Numbered from the stretch's first letter, positions 10,228 to 22,838 are shown. The stretch: DNA of 64,000 nucleotides from an uncultured Chloroflexia bacterium (GCA_963783655.1 CAWAOA010000011.1:490659-554658); one strand, 5' to 3'. Numbers and translations: made by a program. The notes: a model not told the origin generated them from the sequence alone.

Positions 10228-10992
10228 GTGGTTAAGAAGCAGGAAGGCATCGCAGCGCCCTGGCAAGAGCGCTATCCCGGCGTTACGTGCGTCCCGCGAC
10301 ATCTGGCCATCGTCATGGACGGCAACGGCCGCTGGGCACGCGCGCGCGGCTGGCCGCGCCTGGCGGGCCATCGTGCGGGCACCGATAATATCCGCCGCGT
10401 TCTGACGGCCGCCACTGACTTCGGCGTGCAGGTGCTCACGCTGTATGCCTTTTCGACAGAGAACTGGGGCCGTCCGCCGGACGAAGTCAATGGGCTGATG
10501 TCGCTGCTGGGAGAGGTCATCCAGCGTGAGTTGGACGATCTGAATCGGAATGGCGTGTGCATCCGCCACTGCGGGCGCACGGACGGGATCAGCCCCTGGC
10601 TGCAGGCGCAGATCCGACAGGCCGTCGAAACCACCCGGAACAACACCCGGATCGTGCTGAACGTCGCCTTCAACTATGGCGGGCGCAGAGAAATCCTGGA
10701 CGCCATGTGCAGGGTGCTGGAGCTGGGTCATCGCCCCGACGAGATCACCGAAGAGCTGCTGTCTGCCCACCTTTATACCGCCGGACTCCCCGACCCAGAT
10801 CTGATCGTGCGCACCGGGGGTGAGTACCGGCTGAGCAATTTCCTCCTCTGGCAGTCCGCCTACGCCGAATATTACGCCACGCCCACGTTCTGGCCCGATT
10901 TCGATGAGAAGGAGCTGGCTGCCGCATTCGAGGCATACAGCGCACGCGAGCGGCGCTTCGGCAAGGTGCCGGGCACTGGATCTGGCTGTTAG
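10228..10992 (+). CDS. uppS: Undecaprenyl diphosphate synthase
   Basis: [27 protein letters not shown] and [20 protein letters not shown] motifs. Confidence 0.92.
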   Translation: MVKKQEGIAAPWQERYPGVTCVPRHLAIVMDGNGRWARARGWPRLAGHRAGTDNIRRVLTAATDFGVQVLTLYAFSTENWGRPPDEVNGLMSLLGEVIQRELDDLNRNGVCIRHCGRTDGISPWLQAQIRQAVETTRNNTRIVLNVAFNYGGRREILDAMCRVLELGHRPDEITEELLSAHLYTAGLPDPDLIVRTGGEYRLSNFLLWQSAYAEYYATPTFWPDFDEKELAAAFEAYSARERRFGKVPGTGSGC

Positions 10993-10994
10993 CT

Positions 10995-11801
10995 GTGCTG
11001 CGAGCCCGCTTCATCAGCGCCGTCCTGCTGGTTCCGTTGGTGGCGTTAGCCGTCTATGTGGGCGGGCTCGGCTGGCTGGTGGGTGTCGTGCTGGCCGGCA
11101 TGCTCGGCTGGCGGGAGATGGTACACCTGCTGGAGAGCGCCGAGTTTACCCTCGACCGGAACCTCGGGCTCTTCTTCGTAATCGGCGCGCTGCTAGAGGC
11201 GTACGCGTACAGCGCGGGGCTCATCCCGATGAGCTTCCTCCGCCCGCTGCTGGCCGGTTTGATCATCTTCTCGCTGATCTGGGCTCTCTACTATAAGGGC
11301 GAGCACGCCACGGCGAATTGGGGCATCACGGTCGCGAGCGCGCTCTATCTCGGCTTCCTGCTCAGTCACTTCATCTCTTTGCGCGAACGAACAGACGGCT
11401 TCCTCTGGGTGCTGATCGCCCTTGCGCTCACGTGGATATGCGACTCTGCGGCGTACTTCGTCGGCTCCCTGCTGGGTAAGCATAAACTCTGGCCCCGACT
11501 GAGCCCAAAGAAGACCTGGGAAGGGCTGTTCGGGGGCATCCTGGTGAGCATGCTGGCGGGTCCACTGCTGACCGGCTGGCTGCTCGGGCTGCCGCTGTGG
11601 CAGGGCCTCGTGTTAGGCGCGCTGGTGGCCACATTCGATCCCTTCGGGGACTTCGCCATCTCCCTGTTCAAGCGGTACGCGCGGATCAAGGACTCGGGAC
11701 AATTGATCCCGGGGCACGGCGGCGTCCTGGACCGGCTGGATAGCCTGCTCTTCGTCTTCCCGGTTGTTACCTACTTTGCGCTGGTGGTCGCCGGGCCTTA
11801 G
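10995..11801 (+). CDS. cdsA: Phosphatidate cytidylyltransferase
   Basis: Polytopic membrane protein with the C-terminal signature SLFKRYARIKDSGQLIPGHGGVLDRLDSLLF. Confidence 0.88.
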   Translation: MLRARFISAVLLVPLVALAVYVGGLGWLVGVVLAGMLGWREMVHLLESAEFTLDRNLGLFFVIGALLEAYAYSAGLIPMSFLRPLLAGLIIFSLIWALYYKGEHATANWGITVASALYLGFLLSHFISLRERTDGFLWVLIALALTWICDSAAYFVGSLLGKHKLWPRLSPKKTWEGLFGGILVSMLAGPLLTGWLLGLPLWQGLVLGALVATFDPFGDFAISLFKRYARIKDSGQLIPGHGGVLDRLDSLLFVFPVVTYFALVVAGP

Positions 11802-11963
11802 GCCACCTGATTGGCCCACGCGGAAGCTGTGCCTATCCACAAGGTAACGTAGCGCGCCCTACTGTGTCTTCGCCGCGCGCGTTGCACTATGCAAGCGGTG
11901 GCTCCGTTTTGCTTCGCCACTCGCGTTTCTGCCCGCTTCAGCCTCCCATCCGAGGAGTATGAC

Positions 11964-12950
11964 ATGTCCGAGCTGCCTGATCGCAATCTTGCTCTTGAAT
12001 TGGTGCGCGTCACCGAAGCGGCTGCGCTTGCAGCCGGCCGCTGGGTGGGGCGCGACAACAAGATCGCTGCCGATCAGGCTGCAGTGGACGCGATGCGGAT
12101 TGTCTTGAACACTGTCGAAATGGACGGGGTTATCGTCATCGGCGAAGGGGAAAAGGACGAGGCCCCCATGCTGTTCAACGGCGAGAAGCTCGGAAGCGGA
12201 GAGATGCCCCTGGTGGACATTGCCGTGGACCCGATCGACGGCACCCGGTTGACGGCGCAAGGCCGGTCCGGAGCGCTCAGCGTGGTGGCGATGGCAGAAC
12301 GAGGCAGCATGTACGCGCCGGGGAGCCTCGTCTACATGAATAAGATCGCCGTCGGGCCGGAGGCATGCGGCGCGATTGACATCAACGCGTCGATCACCGA
12401 GAACCTCCATGCGATCGCCGCCGCCAAGCGCAGCGACGTGAACGACCTGACGGTCATTATCCTCGAGCGGCCCCGCCATCAGGCCATGTTCGACGAGATC
12501 CGCGGGACGGGAGCGCGCATTCGCCTGATTCAGGACGGCGACGTTTCCGCTGCGTTGAGCACCGCCATGGCCGACACAGGCATCGACGTTCTGATGGGGA
12601 TCGGCGGCTCTCCCGAGGCGGTCATCACCGCTGCTGCGCTCAAGTGCATGGGCGGGGAGATGCAATGCAAGCTGTGGCCGCGTGACGACAGAGAGCGCCA
12701 ATACGCCCTGGAGAACGGGTACGATCTCGACCGCGTGCTCACGATCAAAGACCTGGTGGACAGCGATAATGTCTTCTTCGCTGCCACAGGCATCACCCGT
12801 GGTGAGCTGTTGGACGGGGTGCGCTACTACGGCGGCGGCGCCCGTACTTCGAGCGTTGTCATGCGCTCAAAGTCAGGCACCATCCGCTACATTCGATCGG
12901 AACACAGGCTGGACAAACTGATGCGGTTCAGCCAGATCGAGTTTGGTTGA
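11964..12950 (+). CDS. glpX: Fructose-1,6-bisphosphatase class II
   Basis: [37 protein letters not shown] and VDPIDGT motifs. ATG 11964 chosen inside the longer ORF 11889..12950. Confidence 0.88.
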   Translation: MSELPDRNLALELVRVTEAAALAAGRWVGRDNKIAADQAAVDAMRIVLNTVEMDGVIVIGEGEKDEAPMLFNGEKLGSGEMPLVDIAVDPIDGTRLTAQGRSGALSVVAMAERGSMYAPGSLVYMNKIAVGPEACGAIDINASITENLHAIAAAKRSDVNDLTVIILERPRHQAMFDEIRGTGARIRLIQDGDVSAALSTAMADTGIDVLMGIGGSPEAVITAAALKCMGGEMQCKLWPRDDRERQYALENGYDLDRVLTIKDLVDSDNVFFAATGITRGELLDGVRYYGGGARTSSVVMRSKSGTIRYIRSEHRLDKLMRFSQIEFG

Positions 12951-13462
12951 TACGAAAGGGGGAGTGCACGCGGTTCACCCAGAGTCTCTAAGCGCCGTAC
13001 TTGACGCTCGGAGGCAGGCGATGGTATACTCCATGCGGTCAGGCATCAGGCTCATCAGTGACGCGTTCCCATCCTATTCTCATCCGCGTATAGGGTTTCT
13101 CGCAGGACCGCAGGTATCCCGGTTTTCAGGCGTCGTGTAGACTTACTCTGCTCGGCCGCCTGCCCGTGTGCCCGATTGCATACCTGACCGCTAGCCGCGT
13201 GGGACGTTATCCCCATTGACACTTAACCCAACAATTCTATCACTATCCCGAACCTGGCTCATGCGAGCCGTACTGGTTCAGGGGAAATCGCAGCGTTGTG
13301 ATGGACAATTCGAATGCCACCGCTGGCAGTTATCGCATTGTCCGTACATCCTCTCTGCCCACTGCTGAGACTCTGCCGTGTGGGCGGATCGCCATCAGCC
13401 TATTTCCTGTCATTCGCAGGAAGTCATAGCGTCAGCACCGAGCGGGCGCAGGAGTAACACGG

Positions 13463-14726
<1,264 letters not shown>

Positions 14727-14876
14727 GTTGCCCTGCCGGAGACGGCGGGTCTGGGCGCACCAGGGCAGATCCTCCACCGGCGAATGCCGGTTGGGGGATC
14801 TGTTCTTAATCCCGGTCGATTTGGAGGCGCCCTGACCTCGTGATATATTGCTCGAAATCCACTCGCATCCATCCCC

Positions 14877-16047
14877 ATGGGAATGCAGGAGGAGCAGCGC
14901 ATCGCAATGCGCCAGGAAGGATTCATAACCACTATCCGTGCAATTCCGGCCGACGAATGGGGGCCGGGGTATCGGATATGGCACGCCACCCTGAGCTGGC
15001 TCGCGCAACGCGGGCCCGATGGTACCACTTCGATCGTACGCGTTGCCTCCCATATCGTCATCATCTTCATCGCCATGGCGGTGATGTGGTTTAGCGGGTT
15101 GGATCTCCCCAGGTGGGATATCGCCGAGGCTCCGGCCAGCGCCCGTCTGGCGGAAGCCCAGGCTGCAAACCTGGCCGTACAGAATAATGTCTCCAATTCC
15201 CTGCTGCGCTCGGCCGTGCCCCGCACGCTGATACCCGATCGCCAACGCGCCCAGATCCTCACCCACACCGTGGGCGCGAACGACACCCTGACCGCTATCG
15301 CCGTCAAGTACCAGATCTCGGCCGAGACGATCATCTGGGCCAACAATCTGCAGGAGAACCCGGATCTGCTCTGGCTCGAGCAGCAACTGATCATCCTGCC
15401 GGTCAGCGGCGTCATGCATGTCGTCGGGCAGGGTGAAACGATCGATTCGATCGCGAAAAAGTACAAGGCGAACCCGGCGGACATCGCCCGGCTGGAATAC
15501 AATGCCCTGGATGCCAAGAATCCGGCGATCACCGCCGGACAGAAGATCGTGGTGCCGGGTGGGGTGAAGGAAGAAGCGCCGAAGCCGGTCGTGGTTCCCG
15601 CGGCGGCAGCCCCCGCAGCGAAGGCGGCGCCAAAGGCGCAGGCTCCCGCAGCGGCCAAGCCCGCACCGGGGCCGGCCCCGGCCGCGGTTGGCAAGTTCGT
15701 GTGGCCCGCTTCCGGCGCCATCACGCAGCGCTACTATAGCTATCACCAGGCGATCGACATCGGCGGTAAGTACCGCTCGCCCGTGAAGGCCAGCGATGCC
15801 GGAAAGGTCGATCACCGCGGGTTGGAGTAACTACGGCTACGGCAACCACGTGGTCGTGGATCACGGCAACGGGTTCACAACCCTCTACGCCCATCTGGAT
15901 AAGATCAGCGTCTCAGCAGGCCAGGGGGTCGACCGGGGTACGCAGCTTGGTCTTCTCGGCACGACCGGGCGCTCCACCGGCCCTCACCTGCATTTCGAGA
16001 TCCGGCTGCGGGGCGTATTCCAGAACCCGTTCAACTACTTGCCCTGA
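14877..16047 (+). CDS. LysM-domain M23 metallopeptidase (one frame change near ~15800)
   Basis: Two LysM repeats (HTVGANDTLTAIAVKYQI; HVVGQGETIDSIAKKYKA) and an M23 core split over ORFs 14877..15830 and 15796..16047 (HVVVDHGNGFTTLYAHL ... GPHLHFEIR). Confidence 0.8.
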
Positions 16048-16065
16048 CAGTATCAGCCCAGAAAC

Positions 16066-16106
16066 AAAAAAGAGAGGGGAGACCTGAGTCCCCCCTCTCT
16101 TTTTTG
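16066..16106. terminator. Bidirectional terminator hairpin between convergent genes
   Basis: aaaaaagagagggg-(loop)-cccctctcttttttg: a GC stem flanked by an A-run and a T-run. Confidence 0.7.
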
Positions 16107-16126
16107 TTTCGTCAATCGCGTGCGCC

Positions 16127-19100
16127 TCAACCGCCGCGCAGTTGCACCTGGATGCTGTGGCTCACGCTGTCACCGGCCGACAGCACCGTCAGCCGCAGCG
16201 TGTATAACCCTTCAGGCAACGCAGTCGCCTGCCACGTGCCCAGCGGGCCACCTTGCGCCGGAGTCGGCGTGTTCGATGCCTGGATTTGTTGCCAGTTCGT
16301 TGCGTTGTTCGCCGGGCCGGGGGCAAATTCCAACACGTATCCGGTGAAGCCGGGACCGGCTGCAATGCCGATGACCTGGACGGCGCCGCTCACCGTGGCG
16401 CCGTTGACCGGCTGGGTGATACGTCCCAGCGGCCGGGCAGGCGCCGTCGCGACGGGTGGCGTCGTTGGGGTCGCAGTGGCCACGGCTGGTGGAGTTGTGG
16501 GCGTCGCCGCGGCCCTCGTCGGCGTCGCCGTGGGTGTCGCCGCGGGCGCCGTCGGTGTAGCCGTCGGAGCCGGTCGCGTCGGCGTGCTTGGTCGCCGTCG
16601 GTTGCGCCGTTCGCGTCGGAGCGAGTGTGGCGGTCGGCAGCGGCGTCTGGGTCGGGGCGACGGTCGCCGTCGGCGCCGGTCGTTCAGCCGTCACGTGTAC
16701 GTGATTCGAGACGGCCACGGGATAGTCTGCCCCGCCCGGATCGTAGGCCGCGAGGCGGAGCGTATAGTCATTTGCCCCGGCATGCCGTTCCGCCGTGCCG
16801 TGGAACATCCCAATCCGCCAGCTTTCCTTCGACGTCTCCGGCCGTTGGGCCGGCCAGCACGCCCCAGCCGAGTGGGCTGGGACCTACCCCATACTCGAGT
16901 CGCCACACCAGGGGCTTGGGAAGCCTGACGCGGCCGGTGACCGGCACGATCCCCTGCACCTGGCTCTCGGCTACCGGACCGGTGAGAGACAGCTCCGGCT
17001 CGAATTCGTAGCTGGGACCTTCCATGCCGATCTGAGGCATCCCGTGCGCCTGTGCCCATGCCGCGGTAACGAGGCGGGAACATCATGACGTTCCGGTCTT
17101 CCACCCGGTCCGCCGGCGTGAACTCGGTCGCCAACTGGTTGGTCACCCGGTCGACGCGCACGCGCTGGTGTAGATCGAAGCGCGCCGGCAGCGGACCCTT
17201 GTCGTTCGTGAACAGCTCGTTTCGCTTGTTGGGGCACGCTTCGCTCGGCTGCGTGCCGGAATCGGTGCAGACCTGTAGCTGCTGGATCCCCTGCGGCACG
17301 GCGAACTGCGCCGGCTGCGTACCTTCCAGGCTTTTCGCCATCACGTTTTGCCAGATGGGTGCGGCGCCGATCGAGCCCGCCACCTGCTGCATCGGCTTCC
17401 GGTCGGCGTTGCCCACCCAAACTCCGATGGCGAGATCGGGCGTATATCCCAGCGTCCAGCCGTCAAGGTAGTCGTTGGTGGTGCCCGTCTTGGCCGCCGA
17501 TGGGCGACCCGGCACGCTCAACAGGTTCGCCGAGTTGCCGAACGCCGGGCGACGCGCTTCCAGATCCGCCAGGATCGACGTCAACTGGAACACGTAACGC
17601 GGATCGACAACCTGTTGTGGCTGCGGGGTCGTGATGGCCGGCCGGACCCCCGGCTTCAGCGCTTCTTTACATGCGGCGACGCTTTCGGCGCCGGCTCCGC
17701 TCCAGATCAGCGCACCGCTTGCATCGAAAACACACGCCACCGGGCTCACCGGCATGCGCTTGCCGTTATTCGCCAGCGTTGCGTACGCCCCCGTAAGCTC
17801 GAGCAGGGTCACTTCCCCGCCGCCGAGCGTGAGGGAGAGCCCGTAGTCGTTGCGCGTCAGCGTCGTGATCCCGAGGCGCTCCGCCATATTCTTGAGACGC
17901 TCGATACCGATGTGCTGCAGCGTCTTCACCGCCGGGATGTTATAGGAGTTGGCCAGTGCGGAGCGAACGGACACGAGCCCGTGCTCCTTCCCGTCATAGT
18001 TCGTCGGCACGTACGGCGGGTTGGCGCCGTCAGGGAATTCGGTCCGGATATCCATCAGGGCGGTCGACGGTGTCCAACCGCCCGGCGACTCGATGGCGCT
18101 CACGCGGTCGGTGTGCGTCTCGCGGCTGTTCGGGTCTACCCCTGCGGGCATCTCGAACGCAGCCAGGTAGGTCAGCGGTTTCATCGCCGAGCCGGGCTGC
18201 CGGGGCGAGATCGACATGTTGATCTGCCCCTTGATCGTCGTCATTCTTGAAGTCGGCGCTGCCTACCATCGCCAGGATCTCGCCCGTCTGCGGGCGTACC
18301 GCTACCAACGCTGCGTTTGACGCTTGCTGCGCCGCCAACCGCGCCACCTGCTCTCGCACCTGTTGTTCGGCCAGATCCTGGATGCGAGGATCGACGGTGG
18401 TGTAGATACGTAACCCACCTTTACCCGCCAGCTCCGGCCCGAGCGAGCGCTCGACCTGGCTGCGGGCGAAGAGGACGAAGTGTGGGTAGCGCATGGTGTA
18501 GCTGCGCTGCAGCGGCACGAGCTTCAGCGGCTGCTTCCAGGCGGCGTCTGCCTGTTCCGCGGTGATATGGCCGCTGCGTACCATCAGCGAGAGCACCGTG
18601 CCCTGGCGCTTCTTCACCAGCCCTGGCGTCTTGCCGTCCGACTCCCAGAGCTTTGTGTACGGGTCGTACCACGCCGGCGCCTGCGGCAGCCCGGCGATCA
18701 TCGCCGACTCGGCCAGATCGAGGTCTTTGGCCGCCTTCCCAAAGTAGGTCTCGGCGGCTGCCTCGATGCCATAGGCCAGGTTGCCGTAGTTCAGCTCGTT
18801 GAGGTAGATCTCGAGGATGGTTCGCTTGTCATAGCGGCGCGTGATTTCGGCGGCGAGGATCGCCTCCTTCACCTTGCGCGAGATGGACTTTTCGGGCGAC
18901 AGGAAGGTCAGCTTGACCAACTGCTGCGTGATCGTGCTGCCACCCGGCCCCCCGAGGTCGCGCTCTCGCACGGCGTAATAGACGGCGCGCGCGATGCCCA
19001 CCGGGTCAACGCCCGGGTGCGAGTAGAAGTTGGGGTCCTCGGTAGCGATCGTCGCATCCACCACGTGCGACGAGATCTGATCCAGCTTGACTGCGGTGCG

Positions 19101-19388
19101 CCGCCCATGTTCGGGGTCGGCCTGCTCGGTGAGCAGGGCGCCGGTGCGGTCGTAGATCTGGGTAGAAGCGAAGGAACTGGCGCGGGCCTGCAGCTCGTCA
19201 GGATTCGGAAGCGTAGCGGCGATCGCTACATATCCAAACAGGACGCCCCCAAAGACCAGCAACGCCAGGAATACCACGAACAATGCGCCCCACACAACGC
19301 TGCCAAAGCCCGGGCGGCGTCGCGGCGGCGGTGGCACCTGGGCGCGAGTTGGGCTGCCCCCAGGTACGCGCGGTCGATAATATGTCAT
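16127..19388 (-). CDS. Class A penicillin-binding protein (PBP1A-type) with long C-terminal extension; several frame changes
   Basis: TM segment plus GT51 motifs ([21 protein letters not shown]) in ORF 18030..19388. Transpeptidase SxxK ([11 protein letters not shown]) in 16691..18244. Pro/Thr linker and two beta-sandwich-like C-terminal modules in 16768..17040, 16212..16808 and 16127..16483. Frame changes near ~18245, ~17060, ~16800 and ~16500. Confidence 0.8.
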
Positions 19389-19617
19389 AATTCCGGTCCA
19401 AGCCTCCGCCTGGTATAAGATTGCCCACCGGACGCGACCGTCCGGGCGGCTTCAGGGGTACGCGCGGATAAAACGCAATACAAACAGGATAGCGCGCCCG
19501 CCATATACAGGACGTCAGCCAACGTCCATTGGTTGCATTATAAGCCAGCCCCCGAACATGCGGCCATTCAGGGCCGTGCGCCCGCAGCCCGCACAGTGCG
19601 CTGTAGGTCACGCTTGA

Positions 19618-19800
19618 TGAACATTAACAAACGAATCAGGTAAGCACGTCCCACGACGTGCACCCCGACGCGTAGATACATGTAGGTCACGCTTGCAGCG
19701 TGACGGTGCGCGGAATGCCGCACATTTGCGTTCACGCGCGAACCGTCACGCTGCAAGCGTGACCTACATCGCACTTACCTGATTCGTTTGTTAATGTTCA
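19618..19800. repeat. 183-bp nested perfect palindrome with AT-rich 27-bp termini (family 3, MITE-like)
   Basis: Outer pair tgaacattaacaaacgaatcaggtaag (19618-19644) / cttacctgattcgtttgttaatgttca (19774-19800). Inner perfect 28-bp pair atgtaggtcacgcttgcagcgtgacggt / accgtcacgctgcaagcgtgacctacat. Confidence 0.85.
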
Positions 19801-19896
19801 CCAGCGCTTCATCTTGAGCAGCTCACCGCAGTATGTGCTATACTTCACATTAGAAACCAGATCAGGTAGTCCGATTGCTATCGAGGAGTCCTTACG

Positions 19897-20400
19897 ATGA
19901 AGAAAATCACCGAAGCCAACCTGCGCGACGCTTTCGCCGGCGAGAGCCAGGCGCACGTCCGCTACCTCAACTTTGCCGAGCGCGCTTTGAAGGAAGGGTA
20001 CCCGAATATCGCGCGCGTATTCCAGGCCGCTGCGCTCTCCGAGCAAGTTCACGCCGGTAACCATCTCAAGGCCCTGGGTGGCCTGGGGAATACCGTCGCC
20101 AACGTAGAGACGGCGCTGAGCGGTGAGAACTTCGAAGTAGACGAGATGTACGGCGCGTACATGCAGGTAGCGGATTCCCAGGGCGAGAAGTCGGCGCTGC
20201 GTTCTATGACCTGGGCCATGGAGGCCGAGAAGGTGCACGCCCGTCTGTACGGCGGTGCGAAGAGCTCCCTGGCCGGCGGCACTGACGGCGCTGTCACCGA
20301 CATCTGGGTCTGCGGCTCCTGCGGGTTCACCATGGAAGGCGAAATGCCCGACGTCTGCCCGGTTTGCGGCGCACGGCACGAGCGGTTCATCAAGTTCTAA
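19897..20400 (+). CDS. rbr: Rubrerythrin
   Basis: Ferritin-like ExxH motifs (AGESQAHVRY, EAEKVHARL) and a C-terminal rubredoxin-type CGSCG...CPVCG. Confidence 0.88.
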   Translation: MKKITEANLRDAFAGESQAHVRYLNFAERALKEGYPNIARVFQAAALSEQVHAGNHLKALGGLGNTVANVETALSGENFEVDEMYGAYMQVADSQGEKSALRSMTWAMEAEKVHARLYGGAKSSLAGGTDGAVTDIWVCGSCGFTMEGEMPDVCPVCGARHERFIKF

Positions 20401-20412
20401 ATGGCAACGGCC

Positions 20413-20443
20413 GGGGGGCAGGGCAGTAGCCGCCCTGCCCCCC
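20413..20443. terminator. GC-rich hairpin between convergent rbr and methyltransferase genes
   Basis: ggggggcagggc-agtagcc-gccctgcccccc, a perfect 12-bp stem. There is no clear U-run. Confidence 0.45.
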
Positions 20444-20445
20444 GC

Positions 20446-21339
20446 TCAGTCCGCCCGCTCCCCCACGTACACGACCCACTCACCGGCATCCTTCAGGGGT
20501 AGACCGGCCCAGCCCGGGCAGGTTGCGGTGGGCGTGAGGCCGGCGCCCTCGAGCAGTTCATGCATCTCCTCGATGCAGTACGTCTGATCGCTCAGGCCGT
20601 ACGCTCGCACCTCGCCGCTGTCCAGGTTCACGATGTGGAAGCGCTCCACCGCCGCCTTCTGGATGGGATCCCAGGCTCGCTCCCCCAGGTGTAGATAGGG
20701 GAAATCGCCCCACAGGCCGCCGCGATCCGTATACCACCAGTTGCTGTTCTGCTTGTCGAAACGGCTCTCGTCCAGCACTTCCAGCAGCAGACGTCCCCCG
20801 GGCCGCAGCGCGTTCGAGATGCGTTGCAGCACGTCGCGGCTCTCGTCGGGCTTCAGCACTGTGAATTGCCCGTATAGGTAGATCGCCGCATCGAACCAAC
20901 CGGCGGGCCAGGACATCTCCCGCACGTCCCCCAACACGAATTCGCATGCCAGTCCGGCGCACTTGCGCCGGGCATAGTCGATCGAGGCGGGGCCGAAATC
21001 GATGCCCGTGACGTGGACGCCGCGCCCCGCGAACTCGGCGGCATACAGGCCCGGGCCGCACGTGACGTCGAGCAGCCGGCTGCCCGGCCGCAGGTCCAGC
21101 CACTCCATCAGCGTATCTACCTGGGCGCGAATCTCGCGCACCGGGCGACTGGCTGCCCCATGGCCCTGGTCGAGGTGCTGCCGCAGCATGCGCTCGCTGA
21201 AGCCGGCGTCGTTCCATGGGAGGTTGCCGCCGTCGGCCCAGGGGACGGGTGGATCGCGGCGCGCGTAGATCCGGCGCAATCCGTCCAGCAGGCTCTCGCC
21301 GCCCGGGCTACTGGCATCTGGTATAGAGATCTTGGTCAA
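20446..21339 (-). CDS. Class I SAM-dependent methyltransferase
   Basis: Motif I LLDVTCGPGLYAAEFAGRG, followed by VTGIDFGPASI; 297 aa. Confidence 0.7.
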   Translation of the reverse strand: MTKISIPDASSPGGESLLDGLRRIYARRDPPVPWADGGNLPWNDAGFSERMLRQHLDQGHGAASRPVREIRAQVDTLMEWLDLRPGSRLLDVTCGPGLYAAEFAGRGVHVTGIDFGPASIDYARRKCAGLACEFVLGDVREMSWPAGWFDAAIYLYGQFTVLKPDESRDVLQRISNALRPGGRLLLEVLDESRFDKQNSNWWYTDRGGLWGDFPYLHLGERAWDPIQKAAVERFHIVNLDSGEVRAYGLSDQTYCIEEMHELLEGAGLTPTATCPGWAGLPLKDAGEWVVYVGERAD

Positions 21340-21456
21340 CTACAAACCTCGTAATTCCCCTCAAATAGACGGCGCAAGTCGTTTGTTGCTTTGCGATCTG
21401 CCGGGTTCGGTGTATCATCAGCTTGCACCTGATCGCCCGTTTCGGAGCATCGGCTC

Positions 21457-22446
21457 ATGTCCTCTGTGCTGCGCTGGATCGTCATAGTCGTGCTGGCGCT
21501 GGTCCTATGTATCGGACTGGCGGGAGTCACGTTTGCGCAGCCGCCCAAGCCCATCATCACCACCCCCACCCCAACGCCGCGCCCGCTGACCCCGGAAGAG
21601 CTGCAGGCCAGATTGCAGCAGCAAGCGGATCAGAACGGCACGGGCGGGTTGGCAACCCCGTACTTTGACGTTCGCACAGACACCTTCTCGTACATCGTCC
21701 AGGAAGGCGATACGCTGTGGGACCTGGCGCTGGATTTCGGCCGCGACCTCGACACGATGTCGTGCGCGACGAGCCCCTCCGGTCCCGATGCCGAGACGCT
21801 GGTGCCCGGCTCCACGATCATGGTGCCGGCCCTGGCCGATCTCTGCTACACGGTCAGACCGTGGGAGACGCTGGCAGGGATCGCGCTGCGGCACGGATTG
21901 GCCGTCGAGCAGATCGTGGCCGTCAACTGGAATGGGTTCGGCTACCCACCCTACTACGTGCTGCCCCGCCAGCGGGTGCTGCTCCCCGGCGTGCGCCGGG
22001 AGCCGCCGGTGCGCCCCCCGGTCGATGACCTGGTAGCACGCGACACCTGGGCGGCCTCACCCTGGCCGGACTGGCCTTATGGCGAGGGCGTTTTCCAGTG
22101 GCCCGTGAGCGGCCCCATCTCTCAGTATGCGCACGACGGGCACTGGGCGCTGGACATCGCCATTCCCACGGGGACGCACATCCTGGCAGCAGATCGCGGG
22201 CGGGTGAAGATGGCCGGATGGAACGGCTCGGGGTACGGCTTCCGGGTGGTCATCGACCACGGCAACGATTACATGACCCTCTACGCACACCTCAGCGACA
22301 TCTACGTCGAGCCGGACCAGGTAGTGGGCAAGGGGCAGGTGATCGGCGCCAGCGGCGCCAACGGCAACATCACCGGCCCGCACCTGCACTTTGAGATCCG
22401 CGATTTTGGCTCGTTGGTGGATCCGTTGAGGCTTTTACCCAGGTAG
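21457..22446 (+). CDS. LysM-domain M23 metallopeptidase
   Basis: Signal/TM N-terminus and two LysM-like repeats (YIVQEGDTLWDLALDFG; YTVRPWETLAGIALRHG). M23 core HWALDIA ... VVIDHGNDYMTLYAHL ... GPHLHFEIR. Confidence 0.82.
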   Translation: MSSVLRWIVIVVLALVLCIGLAGVTFAQPPKPIITTPTPTPRPLTPEELQARLQQQADQNGTGGLATPYFDVRTDTFSYIVQEGDTLWDLALDFGRDLDTMSCATSPSGPDAETLVPGSTIMVPALADLCYTVRPWETLAGIALRHGLAVEQIVAVNWNGFGYPPYYVLPRQRVLLPGVRREPPVRPPVDDLVARDTWAASPWPDWPYGEGVFQWPVSGPISQYAHDGHWALDIAIPTGTHILAADRGRVKMAGWNGSGYGFRVVIDHGNDYMTLYAHLSDIYVEPDQVVGKGQVIGASGANGNITGPHLHFEIRDFGSLVDPLRLLPR

Positions 22447-22483
22447 CGGCCGCGGGGTCGCGACCTCTGTCCTCTCTCGTCTG

Positions 22484-22837
22484 CTACCCGTTCTTACCCG
22501 CCGCCCGCCGCCCCTTATCCGTCACTACCAGGAATCGTGGCAGCGCTTTGGCGCCGCCCGTCGCGCAGGTCGACCCGGGGGCCGACCCATCTCCCGCCGG
22601 ACTGCAGGCCGCCGCCAGGCTGCACCCACCACAGGCCGCCGCCTGCTCCTCGCCACAGCCCGCCGCCGCGGCCAGATAGCCGCGCTGCAGCAGGCCCTCT
22701 GCTACCGTGTGCAGCAGCCGCTCGTCTACCCCCATCTCGCGCGCCAGCACGCGCAGCGGCTTGATCCCGCCGTCGTCGCGCCCGGCCGCCTCGAGCAGAC
22801 GGGCCGGAAGCGAAGCAGCCGGGTCGAACGTCTGCAT
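22484..22837 (-). CDS. FeoC-like small winged-helix / Cys-rich protein (tentative)
   Basis: Immediately downstream of feoB with a 1-nt gap. HTH-like LRVLAREMGVDERLLHTVAEGLLQRGYL followed by the Cys cluster GCGEEQAAACGGCSLAAAC. Confidence 0.4.
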   Translation of the reverse strand: MQTFDPAASLPARLLEAAGRDDGGIKPLRVLAREMGVDERLLHTVAEGLLQRGYLAAAAGCGEEQAAACGGCSLAAACSPAGDGSAPGSTCATGGAKALPRFLVVTDKGRRAAGKNG

Positions 22838-22838
22838 G

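Noticed and set aside
13141-13462. The ~320-nt untranslated region upstream of rho as a riboswitch or other ncRNA.
   Set aside because: I could not match it to any conserved riboswitch core by eye. Long rho leaders are normal, since rho is autoregulated by attenuation. There is no positive evidence for a distinct RNA gene.
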